In this document: positions 20,101-30,724 of the stretch, in pieces | How positions within the stretch are numbered: position 1 is the stretch's first letter | Layout of the letters: every line of letters begins with the position of its first letter | Source of the DNA: Gammaproteobacteria bacterium | Lineage (GTDB): Bacteria > Pseudomonadota > Gammaproteobacteria > JABABF01 | DNA length: 64,000 nt | Direction of reading: 5' to 3' | Assembly (NCBI GenBank): GCA_965237805.1 | Contig: OZ250153.1 | Coordinates: 64,001-128,000, forward strand | Program-made: the position numbers and the translations under genes | The notes under the pieces: model-generated | The model's input: the letters and a program-made list of their open reading frames with translations, nothing else | Told to the model about the DNA's origin: nothing | The model's database searches: none

Positions 20101-20598
20101 CACGGCGAACTCGCCGACCTCGCATACCATGTCCACGCGCCTGTAGCCGCCTGCCGACAGCGTTGCTGTCGCCTGCTTCAGTGAATAGTTGTCGCCGATG
20201 TCCAACTCGACTGTCTGCGCCTCGAGCCAGGCGCGGGGCGGCAGGCGGTGCATCGCCTCGGCGACGGTGGTGATGATGGCACCGCCACTCAGTCGTGGCA
20301 GCTGGCAGAGCGTGTCCATGCGCTGGGCACGTAAGCTTTCCGCTACCGGCAGCGCTTCGTAGGGCAGGGTTTCACGCCACGGCAGGCACTGCGCTGGCAC
20401 GCCCGCGAAAAAGTGATACTCCGCCTCGAGCTGACGCATCGCCTCGGCATCGGGGGCAAGCAACAAGGCGCAACGCTGCCAGCGCCGTGCCGCCGTCGCC
20501 GCTGCCAAGCCCGCCGCAGCTCCGCGCAAGCCGCCCCAGCGAATAGATGGCTCGGTCTGCGTCGGCAGGGGGGCGTGGTCAAGTGCAGGGAGAACCAT
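17173..20598 (-). CDS. mfd: Transcription-repair coupling factor
   Basis: 1141 aa; 'VVHEDHGLGRY', 'CGDVGLGKTEV', 'IIDEEQRFG', 'TATPIPRT', 'QLRGRVGR', TRCF C-terminus. Confidence 0.96.
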   Translation of the reverse strand: MVLPALDHAPLPTQTEPSIRWGGLRGAAAGLAAATAARRWQRCALLLAPDAEAMRQLEAEYHFFAGVPAQCLPWRETLPYEALPVAESLRAQRMDTLCQLPRLSGGAIITTVAEAMHRLPPRAWLEAQTVELDIGDNYSLKQATATLSAGGYRRVDMVCEVGEFAVRGALLDLYPASSKHPLRIELCDEQIDSLRYFDPDSQRTVSRAEGVRLAPVREYRMDEAGIEHFLDSWHQHFDLPPQASPLYRDLAAGRDAIGAEYYAPLFFPHTDTLFDYLPTGSLLIACGDIAEAATAFERTAHRRHRDCIEDSARPPLNPSILFLDATELKRRSKGMPQLQLSQETDNAKFDCAAQLPAIPPGDTSARLRALGAGSAHRDGHRLLLTATSQGRREILREQLQNAGMAAQPIDSWPEFLRSEAPCQLAVAPLERSFELSEPAISLLSESALHPAETLRRRAQTSRGGLALGLAVRDLSELKVGDLVVHEDHGLGRYLGLETMCIDDIDNDFLMLEYAGSARLYVPVGDLSLVRGHITAADATVEPELHRLGGRRWQRAVRRAARRAGDVAAALLAMQARRQQLHREPRLVPAQDYQHFAAGFPFMETADQTAAIAAVLEDMSRNRPMDRLICGDVGLGKTEVALRAAFITVYSGAQVALLTPTTILAEQHAATVRERFADWPVRVGVLSRLNTASETGQLLDELGTGQLDIVIGTHRLLQQDVRFHQLGLVIIDEEQRFGLRHKERFKELRAAVDVLSLTATPIPRTLHVALSGLRDLSVIATAPEGRLPVRTLVTPWDHGTIRDALQRELQRGGQVYYVQNKISRLNRSARELGKIHDEATIRIVHGGMGSAELRSVMDAFYQCRCNVLVCTTIIESGLDVPNANTIIIERADQFGLAQLHQLRGRVGRAQRQAHAYFLIPSDPDLMRPTALLRMAAVRDTRAFGAGFVLARRDLELRGGGELLGLRQSGEEDVISPGLYTDLLERAVRELRGEPPPPPPVTVSLGVPALLPASYVGDVNQRLVLYRRIDAAEDEATLQTLEAELFDRFGALPQAAHQLLRQAVLAQRARRLSLCRLEAHERGAALYCRAKTAADSAPALPPPPAWHWDGDALRYAGSLATESERHALLEQVTAALERAVTPS

Positions 20599-20608
20599 GA
20601 TGCGCCGC

Positions 20609-20614
20609 TATAAT
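20609..20614 (+). promoter_or_regulatory. Putative -10 element for the gap-nqr run
   Basis: Perfect TATAAT in the mfd/gap divergent spacer. Confidence 0.45.
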
Positions 20615-20722
20615 AAGTCGCTTGACTGGCTACTGGCGCAGGGCGCTGGGAGTGTCGGGCTAGTTTGGCGACTTTTGATCTTCGCGTCGAGGTGGCCTAG
20701 CCCGGCACATCGGGAATGCATT

Positions 20723-22207
20723 GTGGCTAATAAATCGCAAATAGCGGCTAGACCTCGGCCTAAGGATTACTTCACCGATTGGAAAAAACGCGAATCGTTG
20801 GCAGAGGCAATGATCCCTCTGGTCGGTCAGATGTACCGCCACAACAACATCCATAGCTATATCTACGGTCAGCCCTTGGTCAACCAGTCGGTGCTCGACA
20901 TCATGCGCGCACACCGCTTTGTGCGTTTGGTCGAAGGCAATGAATTGTCAGAATTTGAAACTTTCCCGGTGCTCGCAGCACTGGCCGCAATCAAAGACCT
21001 CGGTAGCGCCGAGATCGATGTCGGGCGCATCACCATCCTCTATGAGGAGCAGGGCAAGCCCGCTGGCCACTCGGTGGCAGAATTCGTGCGCGCACAGGTG
21101 CAAGGGCTGATCGGCAGCTCGCACAAACCCATCGACAAGCCGCGGGATGTTGTGCTCTACGGCTTCGGGCGTATCGGTCGGCTGGTGGCGCGTCTGTTGA
21201 TCGAAAAAACTGCTGGCGGCGACACGCTGCGCCTGCGCGCCATCGTCGTACGCAAGGGCGACGACGGTGACTTGGCCAAGCGCGCGGGCCTGATGCGCCG
21301 CGATTCGGTACACGGCGCTTTCCCAGGCACCATCCGCATCGACGAGGAGCATCAATCCTTCGTCGCCAACGGCAACGAGGTGCGTGTGATCTACGCCGAT
21401 CAGCCCGATGCAATTGATTACCGCAGCTATGGCATCGACGATGCCATCATCGTTGACAACACTGGCCAATGGCGTAGCCAAGAGGCGCTGGGGCGCCACT
21501 TGCACGCCGATGGCGTCTCCCAAGTGTTGTTGACTGCCCCCGCCAAGAGCGGCGTGAAGAACATCGTCCACGGCGTCAATCAACATTTGATCGATTCCGA
21601 TGAGAGCTTGGTCTCGGCTTCGTCATGCACGACCAATGCGGTCACCTTGCTGTTGCACGCGGTACACGATCGCTTTGGCATAGAGGGCGGGCACATCGAG
21701 ACTGTACACGCCTACACCAACGACCAAAACCTGATCGACAACTATCACCCTGCGCCGCGGCGTGGTCGCAGCGCAGCGACCAATTTGGTGTTGACCGATA
21801 CCGGGGCGGCGCAGGCGGTCGGCGCAATATTGCCAGAGCTGGCGGGCAAACTGAGCGGCCATGCCATCCGCGTGCCAGTGCCCAATGTCTCGTTGGCGGT
21901 GTTACAGCTGCGCCTGCGCGAGACGGTCAACAGAGAGAGCCTCAATGAGCATATGCGGCACATCGCCCTGCATTCGCCGTTGCGTCGTCAGATCGGTTAC
22001 ACCAATTCGACCGAGATAGTCTCCAGCGATATTGTCGGCTCGCGCGAGGCCTGTGTGCTCGATTCGGTCGCCACCATTGCAGAAAATGGTCATGAGTGCG
22101 TCCTGTATGGCTGGTACGATAATGAATTTGGTTATGCTTGCCAAGTCTATCGGCTGCTCGAAGAACTGGCGGGCGTGTGCTACCCGATATGTCCGAGTGA
22201 TGGCTGA
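20723..22207 (+). CDS. gap: Glyceraldehyde-3-phosphate dehydrogenase, long N-terminal-extension type
   Basis: 'YGFGRIGR', catalytic 'SCTTN', 'VHAYTNDQ', 'WYDNEFGY'. GTG start inferred. Confidence 0.92.
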   Translation: MANKSQIAARPRPKDYFTDWKKRESLAEAMIPLVGQMYRHNNIHSYIYGQPLVNQSVLDIMRAHRFVRLVEGNELSEFETFPVLAALAAIKDLGSAEIDVGRITILYEEQGKPAGHSVAEFVRAQVQGLIGSSHKPIDKPRDVVLYGFGRIGRLVARLLIEKTAGGDTLRLRAIVVRKGDDGDLAKRAGLMRRDSVHGAFPGTIRIDEEHQSFVANGNEVRVIYADQPDAIDYRSYGIDDAIIVDNTGQWRSQEALGRHLHADGVSQVLLTAPAKSGVKNIVHGVNQHLIDSDESLVSASSCTTNAVTLLLHAVHDRFGIEGGHIETVHAYTNDQNLIDNYHPAPRRGRSAATNLVLTDTGAAQAVGAILPELAGKLSGHAIRVPVPNVSLAVLQLRLRETVNRESLNEHMRHIALHSPLRRQIGYTNSTEIVSSDIVGSREACVLDSVATIAENGHECVLYGWYDNEFGYACQVYRLLEELAGVCYPICPSDG

Positions 22208-22225
22208 GCTGCGCGCTGCCATCCG

Positions 22226-23629
22226 ATGCTCCCACTACTGCCAGCGGTGACTGCCGCCACGCGCAGCTGGCGATTGCGCCGCGGTTTGGATGTGCCCTTG
22301 GCGGGCACACCAGAGCAGCGTGTCGACAGCGTGTCCAACACGCCGCGTCGGGTGGCGCTGATGCCGCCAGATTACCCGGGCTTCAAGCCAGCATTGCACT
22401 GCAAACTCGGCGATCAAGTGCGCCGTGGCGAGCTGCTGTGCACAGATAAGAAGAACGACGCGGTGCGCTATACCGCACCCGCTGGCGGCACCATCAGTGC
22501 CATTCATCGGGGGGGCAAGCGTACCCTGCTCGCCATCGTCATCGAACTGGGGGGCGACGGCGGCGATGGGGAGCAGAAAGTCAGCTTTCCGCTCACGGGA
22601 CGCGAGCGTCTTGCTGCGCTGGCGGCCGATGAAGTGCGTGACAATCTGCTCGCATCGGGTCTGTGGACTGCGCTGCGCACTCGGCCGTTCAGTAAAGTGC
22701 CATCGCCGGATAGCCAACCGCACTCGCTGTTTGTCACTGCCATCGACAGCAACCCGTTGGCTGCTGATCCGGCACCGCTGATCCATGCCGCCAGCGAGGA
22801 TTTTGTCGACGGCCTATGCCTGTTGCGGCGACTGATCGGAGCTGCCCCGTTGTTTCTTTGCCAAGCACCGGGAGCGCGTTTGCCAGCACCGGATGATTTG
22901 GAGCTGCGGGTGGCAGAGTTCGCTGGTCCGCATCCGTCCGGTTTGGTCGGTACCCATATCCACTTGCTCGACCCGGTGCGCGCCGACAAGACGGTTTGGC
23001 ATCTGAACTATCAAGATGTGATCGCTATCGGTCATCTCTTTACCAGTGGTGAATTACCGGTCGAGCGCGTCATTTCCATCGCCGGGCCGCAACTGCTGCG
23101 CCCCCGGCTGTTGCGCACTCGCTTGGGTTGCGAGGTGGCGGCGCTGTGTGCGGGCGAGTTGCGAGCCGGGGAAGAGCATCGGATCATCAGTGGCTCGGTG
23201 CTGTCGGGGCACCAGGCGGAGGGGCCGCGGGCTTTTCTCGGTCGTTACCATCTGCAGCTGTCGGTGTTGCGCGAACAGCGTGAGCGCAAATTGTTCGGCT
23301 GGCTGACAGCTGGTCGCGACCGGCATTCCAATCTGGCTATCTATCTTTCGCGTTTTGCGCGTCGCCCATTGGCGCTCGGGACCAGCACCAATGGCAGCGA
23401 GCGCGCCATCGTGCCCACCGGAAATTTCGAGCGCGTCATGCCGCTGGATCTTCTGCCGACACTGTTTCTGCGCTATTTGGTCGCTGGCGATATCGAGACG
23501 GTTCAGCGCTTGGGTTGTTTGGAGTTGGACGAAGAGGATTTGGCGCTGTGCACTTATGTCTGCTCGGGAAAATACGAATACGGCCCCTTCCTGCGCGATG
23601 CTTTAGCTAACATCGAGCAGGAAGGCTGA
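22226..23629 (+). CDS. nqrA: Na+-translocating NADH:quinone reductase subunit A
   Basis: 'GLDVPLAG', 'RTRPFSKVP', 'GPHPSG', 'LELDEEDLALCTYVC'. Confidence 0.94.
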   Translation: MLPLLPAVTAATRSWRLRRGLDVPLAGTPEQRVDSVSNTPRRVALMPPDYPGFKPALHCKLGDQVRRGELLCTDKKNDAVRYTAPAGGTISAIHRGGKRTLLAIVIELGGDGGDGEQKVSFPLTGRERLAALAADEVRDNLLASGLWTALRTRPFSKVPSPDSQPHSLFVTAIDSNPLAADPAPLIHAASEDFVDGLCLLRRLIGAAPLFLCQAPGARLPAPDDLELRVAEFAGPHPSGLVGTHIHLLDPVRADKTVWHLNYQDVIAIGHLFTSGELPVERVISIAGPQLLRPRLLRTRLGCEVAALCAGELRAGEEHRIISGSVLSGHQAEGPRAFLGRYHLQLSVLREQRERKLFGWLTAGRDRHSNLAIYLSRFARRPLALGTSTNGSERAIVPTGNFERVMPLDLLPTLFLRYLVAGDIETVQRLGCLELDEEDLALCTYVCSGKYEYGPFLRDALANIEQEG

Positions 23630-23645
23630 GGCGGGACTGGGGTTG

Positions 23646-24845
23646 ATGGATCGCTTGCGCGCATTGCTCGACCGCTGTGGCGAGGCCTGCCGACCCGGTA
23701 CCCGCTGGGAGGCGTGGCATCCGCTCTACGAGGCGGTCGACACCATCTTTTACACCCCCGGCAAGGTGACGCGCGGTGCTGCCCACTTGCGCGATGGTGT
23801 CGATCTCAAACGCATCATGATCACCGTGTGGTTTGCCACTTTCCCCGCCATGTTCTGGGGTATGTACAACGTCGGTCACCGAGCCAACGAGCTGTTGTCC
23901 GGCAGTGACGCACCGCAGTCGCTCGGCTGGCGCCACTACTTGTTGGAGCTGTTCGGAGCCTACGACCCCAACAGCGTTATTGCGTGTTTGGTGCATGGTG
24001 CCATTTGGTTCCTACCGATCTATCTGGTCACATTTGCCGTTGGTGGTTTCTGGGAAGTGCTGTTTGCGGTGCGGCGGCGGCACGAGGTCAACGAGGGTTT
24101 CTTTGTCAGCTCCATCCTCTTCGCGCTCAGCTGCCCGCCGAGCATCCCACTGTGGCAGGTCGCGCTCGGTATCAGTTTTGGTATCGTCGTTGGCAAGGAG
24201 GTGTTTGGCGGCACCGGCAAGAATTTTCTCAACCCGGCACTGTGTGGCCGCGCTTTCCTCTATTTTGCCTATCCAGCTCAGCTGTCGGGCGATGGCGTGT
24301 GGACCGTCGTCGATGGCCACACCGCCGCGACGCCGCTGTCGGTTGCCGCCGCCGATGGGATGAGCGGCCTGCACGACGAGCTGTTGTGGACACAGGCTTT
24401 TTTCGGCCAGCTGGATGGTTCCTTCGGCGAGACTTCGACACTGGCCATCCTGATCGGCGGTGCGATCTTGCTGCTCAGCGGTATCGCCTCGTGGCGCATT
24501 GTTGCTGGCACTCTGCTCGGTACCATCGGTGCCTGTTGGCTATTCGGCTTGGGTGCCGCGTCCGACTCGCCGCTGGCGGTGCCTTGGTATTGGCATATCG
24601 TGCTGGGTGGCTATGCTTTCGGGTTGATTTTCATGGCCACCGAACCGGTCACCGCTGCTGTCACTGATACCGGGCGCTGGATCTACGGGGCGCTGATCGG
24701 GGTCATGGTGGTGCTGATACGCATCGCCAATCCCGCCTATCCTGAGGGCATGATGCTGGCCATTTTATTTGCCAATTGCTTCGCCAGTCTAATAGACTAT
24801 TTTGTCGCCGAATCCCATATCCGTAGGCGCATGCGCGATGGCTGA
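23646..24845 (+). CDS. nqrB: Na+-NQR subunit B
   Basis: 'DLKRIMITVW', 'KEVFGGTGKNFLNPAL', FMN-Thr 'ATPL', 'YPEGMMLAILF'. Confidence 0.95.
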   Translation: MDRLRALLDRCGEACRPGTRWEAWHPLYEAVDTIFYTPGKVTRGAAHLRDGVDLKRIMITVWFATFPAMFWGMYNVGHRANELLSGSDAPQSLGWRHYLLELFGAYDPNSVIACLVHGAIWFLPIYLVTFAVGGFWEVLFAVRRRHEVNEGFFVSSILFALSCPPSIPLWQVALGISFGIVVGKEVFGGTGKNFLNPALCGRAFLYFAYPAQLSGDGVWTVVDGHTAATPLSVAAADGMSGLHDELLWTQAFFGQLDGSFGETSTLAILIGGAILLLSGIASWRIVAGTLLGTIGACWLFGLGAASDSPLAVPWYWHIVLGGYAFGLIFMATEPVTAAVTDTGRWIYGALIGVMVVLIRIANPAYPEGMMLAILFANCFASLIDYFVAESHIRRRMRDG

Positions 24846-25680
24846 ACCCCAGTCGAATAAAGAGGGCATCGCCAGAACCATGTCCACTGCTGTGATCATC
24901 TGCGCCGTCTGCTCGGTGGTTGTGTCGATGGCAGCCGTGGCGTTGCGCCCGCTACAGGAGGCCAATCGACGCATCGACATCCAGCGCAATATTTTGTCCG
25001 CTGCCAACCTGTTGCCGACTGGGCGCGCCGATGCTGCAACGATTGCCAGATATTTTGATGCGGTGCAGCTGCGGCTGGTGGATTTGCGCAGCGGGCGCTT
25101 CTTGTCGGACTCGGAGCGGGATGCGGCGTTGGGGGGGCTCGCGGCTCGGGATTACGATCCGCTGGCTGCCCTCAGCGATCAGGCGTTATCCACGGCGGTG
25201 CCCGCAGCGAAAGATATCGCCCGCATCCGGCGGCGCGAGCACTATGTGCCGGTCTATTGGGCTGCCACCGACAACGGCCCCGGCACTTTGGTTTTACCGG
25301 TGCGCGGCTATGGTCTGTGGTCGACGCTATACGGTTATTTGGCATTAAAATCTGATGGTAACACCATTGTAGGGCTCAGCTTTTATGATCATGGAGAAAC
25401 CCCTGGCTTGGGCGGTGAAGTGGACAATCCGATATGGAAAGACAAGTGGCACGGCAAAAAACTCTACCGGCGCGCTTGTCTGTCGGCGGGTGAGCGGGAC
25501 TGTGCTGTCGCCATGGTCGTGCCCAAAACAGTTGGTTCGGCTGGCCCCCATCGTGTCGATGGGATCAGCGGTGCCACGCTGACCAGTCGCGGCGTCGAAA
25601 ATTTATTGCATTACTGGCTCGGTGCCGAGGGCTTTGCCCCCTTCTTGGCCAACTTTCGCAACGGCACGGCTGGGGGCTGA
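24838..25680 (+). CDS. nqrC: Na+-NQR subunit C
   Basis: '[10 protein letters not shown]', '[11 protein letters not shown]', FMN motif 'SGATLTS'. Confidence 0.95.
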   Translation: MAEPQSNKEGIARTMSTAVIICAVCSVVVSMAAVALRPLQEANRRIDIQRNILSAANLLPTGRADAATIARYFDAVQLRLVDLRSGRFLSDSERDAALGGLAARDYDPLAALSDQALSTAVPAAKDIARIRRREHYVPVYWAATDNGPGTLVLPVRGYGLWSTLYGYLALKSDGNTIVGLSFYDHGETPGLGGEVDNPIWKDKWHGKKLYRRACLSAGERDCAVAMVVPKTVGSAGPHRVDGISGATLTSRGVENLLHYWLGAEGFAPFLANFRNGTAGG

Positions 25681-25685
25681 AGACG

Positions 25686-26375
25686 ATGGCAGGGAAATCG
25701 CTGTGGCGTGAGCGCTTGTTGGAGCCGATCTTCGAAAACAACCCGATCGCCTTGCAGATTTTGGGTATTTGCTCGGCATTGGCAGTGACTACCAGCTTGG
25801 CCCCGACCGTGGTGATGTGTATCGCCTTGACGGTGGTCACCGGTCTGTCGAATTTCTTCGTGTCGCTGATCCGTGCATGGATTCCAAACAATATCCGCAT
25901 CATTGTGCAGATGACCATCATTTCCTCGCTGGTGATCGTGGTCGACGAAGTATTGAAAGCGACTTTCTACGACATCAGCAAACAACTGTCGGTATTTGTT
26001 GGCCTGATCATCACCAATTGCATTGTCATGGGGCGCGCCGAGGCCTATGCGATGCACAACCCTCCGTTGCCGAGCCTTGCCGATGGCATCGGTAACGGCT
26101 TAGGCTACAGCGTGTTGTTGCTGATCGTCGGCACTGTGCGTGAATTACTCGGTGCTGGCACGCTGTTTGGATACACCATCTTGGCACCGGTGACCGCAGG
26201 TGGTTGGTACTATCCGATCAACCTCTTCTTACTCGCACCCAGCGCCTTCTTCATCATCGGATTTTTGATCTGGGCGCTGCGCACATGGAAAGTCGGGCAA
26301 GTCGAGGACAACATACATCCCCTAGCACCAAACACGCGTCCGGCTCTATTGCTTGCGCCGCGAGAGCAAGCCTGA
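25686..26375 (+). CDS. nqrD: Na+-NQR subunit D
   Basis: '[18 protein letters not shown]', '[14 protein letters not shown]'. Confidence 0.95.
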   Translation: MAGKSLWRERLLEPIFENNPIALQILGICSALAVTTSLAPTVVMCIALTVVTGLSNFFVSLIRAWIPNNIRIIVQMTIISSLVIVVDEVLKATFYDISKQLSVFVGLIITNCIVMGRAEAYAMHNPPLPSLADGIGNGLGYSVLLLIVGTVRELLGAGTLFGYTILAPVTAGGWYYPINLFLLAPSAFFIIGFLIWALRTWKVGQVEDNIHPLAPNTRPALLLAPREQA

Positions 26376-26983
26376 TGGAGCACTATTTGAGCCTCTTTGT
26401 GCGCACTGTTTTCATTGAAAATATGGCGCTCAGTTTTTTCTTGGGCATGTGTACTTTCCTAGCCATCTCCAAGCAGGTTAAAGCGGCCTTGGGCTTGGGT
26501 ATTACCGTGGTCGTCGTGCTCGTCGTCACGGTACCACTGAACAACTTGATCTATTACCATCTGCTGGTACCCGGCGCACTGTCGTGGGCGGGTTTAGCTG
26601 AAGTCGATCTGCGTTTTCTCGGCTTCATCAGCTATATCGGCGTCATTGCCGCCTCGGTGCAGATCATGGAGATGTTTCTCGACCGCTATGTGCCGGTGCT
26701 GTACAACGCCCTGGGCGTGTTCCTGCCGTTGATCACCGTCAACTGTGCCATTCTCGGTGCCACCTTGCTGATGGTCGAGCGCCAGTTGCAATTTGCCGAA
26801 AGTGTGGTCTACGGCTTTGGAGCAGGTGTCGGCTGGTTGCTGGCGATCACTGCTTTGGCCAGCATCCGCGAGCGGCTCAAATACAGTGATGTGCCAGAGG
26901 GTTTGCGTGGTCTCGGCATCACTTTCATCACGGTCGGGCTGATGTCGCTGGGCTTCATGGCCTTTGGCGGAATCTCGCTCTGA
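26375..26983 (+). CDS. nqrE: Na+-NQR subunit E
   Basis: 'MEHYLSLF', 'FLGMCTFLA', '[10 protein letters not shown]'; TGATG overlap with nqrD. Confidence 0.95.
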   Translation: MEHYLSLFVRTVFIENMALSFFLGMCTFLAISKQVKAALGLGITVVVVLVVTVPLNNLIYYHLLVPGALSWAGLAEVDLRFLGFISYIGVIAASVQIMEMFLDRYVPVLYNALGVFLPLITVNCAILGATLLMVERQLQFAESVVYGFGAGVGWLLAITALASIRERLKYSDVPEGLRGLGITFITVGLMSLGFMAFGGISL

Positions 26984-26993
26984 GGAGGTGGCT

Positions 26994-28214
26994 GTGGCAC
27001 TGGAGATTTTGCTCGGCGTCTCGATGTTCACCGGCATCGTGCTGGCCTTGGTCTGCCTGATTTTGGCAGCTCAGTCACAGCTGGTTAGCAGCGGTGAGGT
27101 GACGATCGAAATCAATGGCAAAAAAAGTTTGGCGGTAGCGCCCGGCGGCAAGCTGTTGCAGCTCTTGTCGGCCAATGATATCTTTTTGTCTTCGGCATGC
27201 GGCGGCAGCGGCACTTGCTCACAGTGCCGCTGTCATGTTCTGTCTGGCGGTGGGGCGGCGTTGCCAGTGGAGCGCAGCCACTTCACCCGCCGCGAGCAAC
27301 GCGAAGGGTTGCGCTTGGCCTGTCAAGTGCCGGTCAAACAATCGATGCGCATTCAAGTGCCAGAGTCGGTATTTGGTAGCAGCCGTTGGGAGTGTACGGT
27401 TGATTCCAACCCCAATGTCGCAACCTTTATCAAGGAATTGAATTTGCGGTTGCCGCCGGGCGAAGATGTCGGTTTCCGTGCGGGCGGCTATGTGCAGCTC
27501 GAATGCCCGCCACACCGCGTCGCGTTTGAGCACTTCGACATCGAGCCTGAGTACCGTTCGGCATGGGAGAATTTCAGATTTTTCCGCTTCAATTCAGTGG
27601 TCGAGGAGACGGCGTTCCGCGCCTACTCCATGGCAAATTACCCTGAGGAAAAGGGTGTGCTCAAATTCAACATCCGCATCGCTACACCGCCGCCGCGTAC
27701 CGAATTTCCTCCTGGGGTCATGAGCTCGTGGGCGTTCAATCTCAAAGCCGGGGACAAAGTTGCCGTCTACGGTCCTTTTGGCGAGTTCTTCGCCAAGGAC
27801 AGCGATGCCGAGATGGTGTTCATTGGTGGCGGTGCCGGTATGGCACCGATGCGTTCACACATCTTCGACCAGCTCAAGCGCCTGCACAGCAAGCGCACGA
27901 TCAACTTCTGGTACGGTGCTCGCAGTTTGTGTGAGATGTTCTACACCGAAGAGTATGAGCAACTGGCTGCCGAGCACGATAATTTTAATTTTCACGTGGC
28001 GCTGTCTGAGCCACAGCCCGAGGATCATTGGCAGGGTTCTATCGGTTTTATTCATCAAGTACTCTACGACAATTATTTGCGCGATCACCCGGCACCGGAG
28101 GACTGTGAATACTACATTTGCGGGCCGCCGCTGATGAATTCGGCGGTCATTTCTATGCTCGATGAACTCGGGGTCGAATCCGGCAATATTCTGTTCGACG
28201 ATTTCGGCGGCTGA
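26994..28214 (+). CDS. nqrF: Na+-NQR subunit F
   Basis: 2Fe-2S '[10 protein letters not shown]', 'RAYSMANYP', 'GGGAGMAP', 'CGPP', C-terminal 'DDFGG'. Confidence 0.96.
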   Translation: MALEILLGVSMFTGIVLALVCLILAAQSQLVSSGEVTIEINGKKSLAVAPGGKLLQLLSANDIFLSSACGGSGTCSQCRCHVLSGGGAALPVERSHFTRREQREGLRLACQVPVKQSMRIQVPESVFGSSRWECTVDSNPNVATFIKELNLRLPPGEDVGFRAGGYVQLECPPHRVAFEHFDIEPEYRSAWENFRFFRFNSVVEETAFRAYSMANYPEEKGVLKFNIRIATPPPRTEFPPGVMSSWAFNLKAGDKVAVYGPFGEFFAKDSDAEMVFIGGGAGMAPMRSHIFDQLKRLHSKRTINFWYGARSLCEMFYTEEYEQLAAEHDNFNFHVALSEPQPEDHWQGSIGFIHQVLYDNYLRDHPAPEDCEYYICGPPLMNSAVISMLDELGVESGNILFDDFGG

Positions 28215-28231
28215 GTATCGCTGGTTGCGGC

Positions 28232-29299
28232 ATGGCTCCATTGCTGGCCACGCCATCGGCATCGTCGCGCACAGTGTGGTGCTGTCTGGCACTGGCCGCG
28301 TTCGTCTCGCTGTGCTCCTGCATCGATGCGAGGCGTGATGTCTGGCAGCTTGATGGCGCTTCGATGGGGACGGCCTACCATGTCACCATTGTCGCGCCGA
28401 CGGGTGCCAGCCGCGCCCTGAGAGCGGAGCTGGAGGCGGGCATCGAGCGACAGCTGCGGCGTCTAGAGCGAGCGATGAGCAGCTATATGCCAGATTCCGA
28501 GCTGTCGCGTTTTAACCGTGCGGCGGCGGGGACTTGGCAACCAGTGTCCAGCGCCACGGTGGCGGTGGTGGCACTGGCGCAGGATGTCGCCGAGCTCAGC
28601 GGCGGTGCCTTTGATATTACGGTCGGCGGTCTGGTCGATTTGTGGGGTTTTGGCGCGATACCGGCGGCCTCGCCTTGGCGACCGCCGAGCACGCTAAGCC
28701 TACAGACAGCGCATGCGGCCACTGGCTACCGGCGGCTGCAATGGCGCGCAACGCCACCAGCACTGCGCAAACTTGCGCCGCTACAGCTGGATCTCTCAGC
28801 CGTCGCCAAGGGCTACGCCGTGGATCGGGTCGCCGACTATCTGCGCAGCCACGGGCTGAGCCGCTATCTGGTCGAGCTCGGCGGTGAGCTGCGCGCACAG
28901 GGGCAAGGTCCCACAGGGCGTGCTTGGCGGCTGGGCATTGAGCGACCCGATTCCGCGCCGGGCACCGTGCAACGCGTTCTCCATATCGATGGTGCCGCCG
29001 TCGCGACCTCGGGCGATTACCGCAATTACCGCCGCTGGCGCGGTCAGCGTTATTCGCATAGTATGGATCCGCGCCGCGGTCGACCGGTGCGCCACGCTTT
29101 GGCTTCGGTCACAGTGGTGGCGCGACGGGCGGCGCGAGCCGATGCCTTGGCCACGGCTCTGCATGTGCTGGGACCGGAGCCGGGTCGGCAGTTGGCTGAG
29201 CGACATGGACTGGCCGCATTCTTTATCATACGTTCGGCAACGGGCGACTGGGAAGATTACGCCACTCCGGCGATGGCCGCTTTTCTGCCGCCGCGCTGA
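28232..29299 (+). CDS. apbE: FAD:protein FMN transferase
   Basis: 'MGTAYHV', 'SELSRFN', 'DLSAVAKGYAVD', 'ATSGDYRN', 'ADALATA'. Confidence 0.92.
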   Translation: MAPLLATPSASSRTVWCCLALAAFVSLCSCIDARRDVWQLDGASMGTAYHVTIVAPTGASRALRAELEAGIERQLRRLERAMSSYMPDSELSRFNRAAAGTWQPVSSATVAVVALAQDVAELSGGAFDITVGGLVDLWGFGAIPAASPWRPPSTLSLQTAHAATGYRRLQWRATPPALRKLAPLQLDLSAVAKGYAVDRVADYLRSHGLSRYLVELGGELRAQGQGPTGRAWRLGIERPDSAPGTVQRVLHIDGAAVATSGDYRNYRRWRGQRYSHSMDPRRGRPVRHALASVTVVARRAARADALATALHVLGPEPGRQLAERHGLAAFFIIRSATGDWEDYATPAMAAFLPPR

Positions 29300-29321
29300 G
29301 CCTGAGGCGAATCCCACAAAG

Positions 29322-29483
29322 ATGTCTTTAATCCCCATTACTTTTGCGGTTTTTCTGCTGGCCTTCATCGGTCTTGGCGCGGGCTTGTGGCTCAGCGGGC
29401 GCCCCTTGCGCGGCTCCTGCGGCGGCGATCGTTGCGGCCTGTGCGCACGGCGCGGGGGTTGTCCCCGGCGTGCCGCGGGCTGA
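29322..29483 (+). CDS. nqrM: Na+-NQR maturation protein NqrM
   Basis: Single TM followed by 'PLRGSCGG..C..C.....C'; lies after apbE. Confidence 0.8.
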   Translation: MSLIPITFAVFLLAFIGLGAGLWLSGRPLRGSCGGDRCGLCARRGGCPRRAAG

Positions 29484-29494
29484 GCGCAGCCACT

Positions 29495-30724
29495 GTGTTT
29501 AGGCCTCTGTCGATCTGCATCGCGTGGCACCTGTTCCGGGGTGGTCGCCGCGAGCGCTTCATGTCCTTGGTCGCGGTCACCGCCTTTGCTGCCATGGCTT
29601 TGGGCGTGGCGGTTCTGATCGTGGTGTTGTCGGTGATGGGTGCGATGGCAGAGCAGACCCAGCAGCGTCTGTTGCGCGCACTGCCGCATATGACCATCGA
29701 GAGCGACAGCGGTGGGCGCGACTGGCGCGAGCTGTCCGCCCGCATCGCCACCTTGCCCGGCATTGAGCGCACGGCACCCATCAGTCGGCGTCAGGTATTG
29801 CTTTCATTCCGCGATGGCGATTACAGCAGCGCTGAGCTGCGCGGCGTGGCTCCCGGTGGCGAGCTGCTGTTGGATGATTTCGAGGGGGGCGATCCGTTGG
29901 TCGGCAGCGATTATGGTTTGGTGTTGCAATACCAGTTGGCGCAACGTTTGGGTGCCGTGCCCGGCGATTTGATCACCGTGCTGTTGCCGAGCTTGCGGCC
30001 TTCAGTTTTTGGCCCGCTGCCGCGTCAGCGGCGCTTCCATCTGCGCGCCGTACTGCCACCCAATGCCGCACCGGGATCAGCGCTGGCGCTGGCTCGTCTG
30101 GAAGATGTCAACCGTCTGTTGTACCTCCCTGCGGAGCCGACTGTGGCCAGTAGTTTAGCTTTGCAGTTGGCGCAGCCGATGCGTAGTGCTGAGTTGACGC
30201 AACGCATTGCGCCACTGTTGGCGGACGGTATGCACAGTGCCGATTGGCGTCAGACACACGGTGCCACTTTCCGCGCCATGGCTTTGGAGCGCACGGTGGT
30301 CTCGTTACTGTTGATGCTGGTCATCATCATCGCCGCTTCAAATCTGGTCGCCATGTTGCAGTTGTCGGTCAGCGCGCATCAGCGCTCCATCGCCCTGTTG
30401 CGCACACTGGGCGCGACGCCACAGCTGCTGTGGCGCAGCTTCGCCGCCCACGGTCTGTTGTTGGGCGCTGCTGGCATTGCTATCGGCTGCGCCCTCAGCC
30501 TCGGCTTGGTGCATTTGCTCAGCGGCAACGATCCCCTGCAGTTATCGCTCACTGGGGCATCTCACACGCCGTTGATATTGTGGTTGCCAGCCCGGGTGGA
30601 ATGGACAGAAGTCGTGCTGGTGGTCGGTAGCGCGTTGTTGCTGTCGTTGCCAGCGGTGTTGCTGGCGGCACACCGTTTACTCGGTGCAGTACCCGACCCG
30701 GAGATTTTGAATCGTGCTGGATGA
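29495..30724 (+). CDS. lolC: Lipoprotein-releasing ABC permease (LolC/E family)
   Basis: 'LGVAVLIVVLSVMG', 'IAASNL', 'IALLRTLGA'; precedes lolD. Confidence 0.8.
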   Translation: MFRPLSICIAWHLFRGGRRERFMSLVAVTAFAAMALGVAVLIVVLSVMGAMAEQTQQRLLRALPHMTIESDSGGRDWRELSARIATLPGIERTAPISRRQVLLSFRDGDYSSAELRGVAPGGELLLDDFEGGDPLVGSDYGLVLQYQLAQRLGAVPGDLITVLLPSLRPSVFGPLPRQRRFHLRAVLPPNAAPGSALALARLEDVNRLLYLPAEPTVASSLALQLAQPMRSAELTQRIAPLLADGMHSADWRQTHGATFRAMALERTVVSLLLMLVIIIAASNLVAMLQLSVSAHQRSIALLRTLGATPQLLWRSFAAHGLLLGAAGIAIGCALSLGLVHLLSGNDPLQLSLTGASHTPLILWLPARVEWTEVVLVVGSALLLSLPAVLLAAHRLLGAVPDPEILNRAG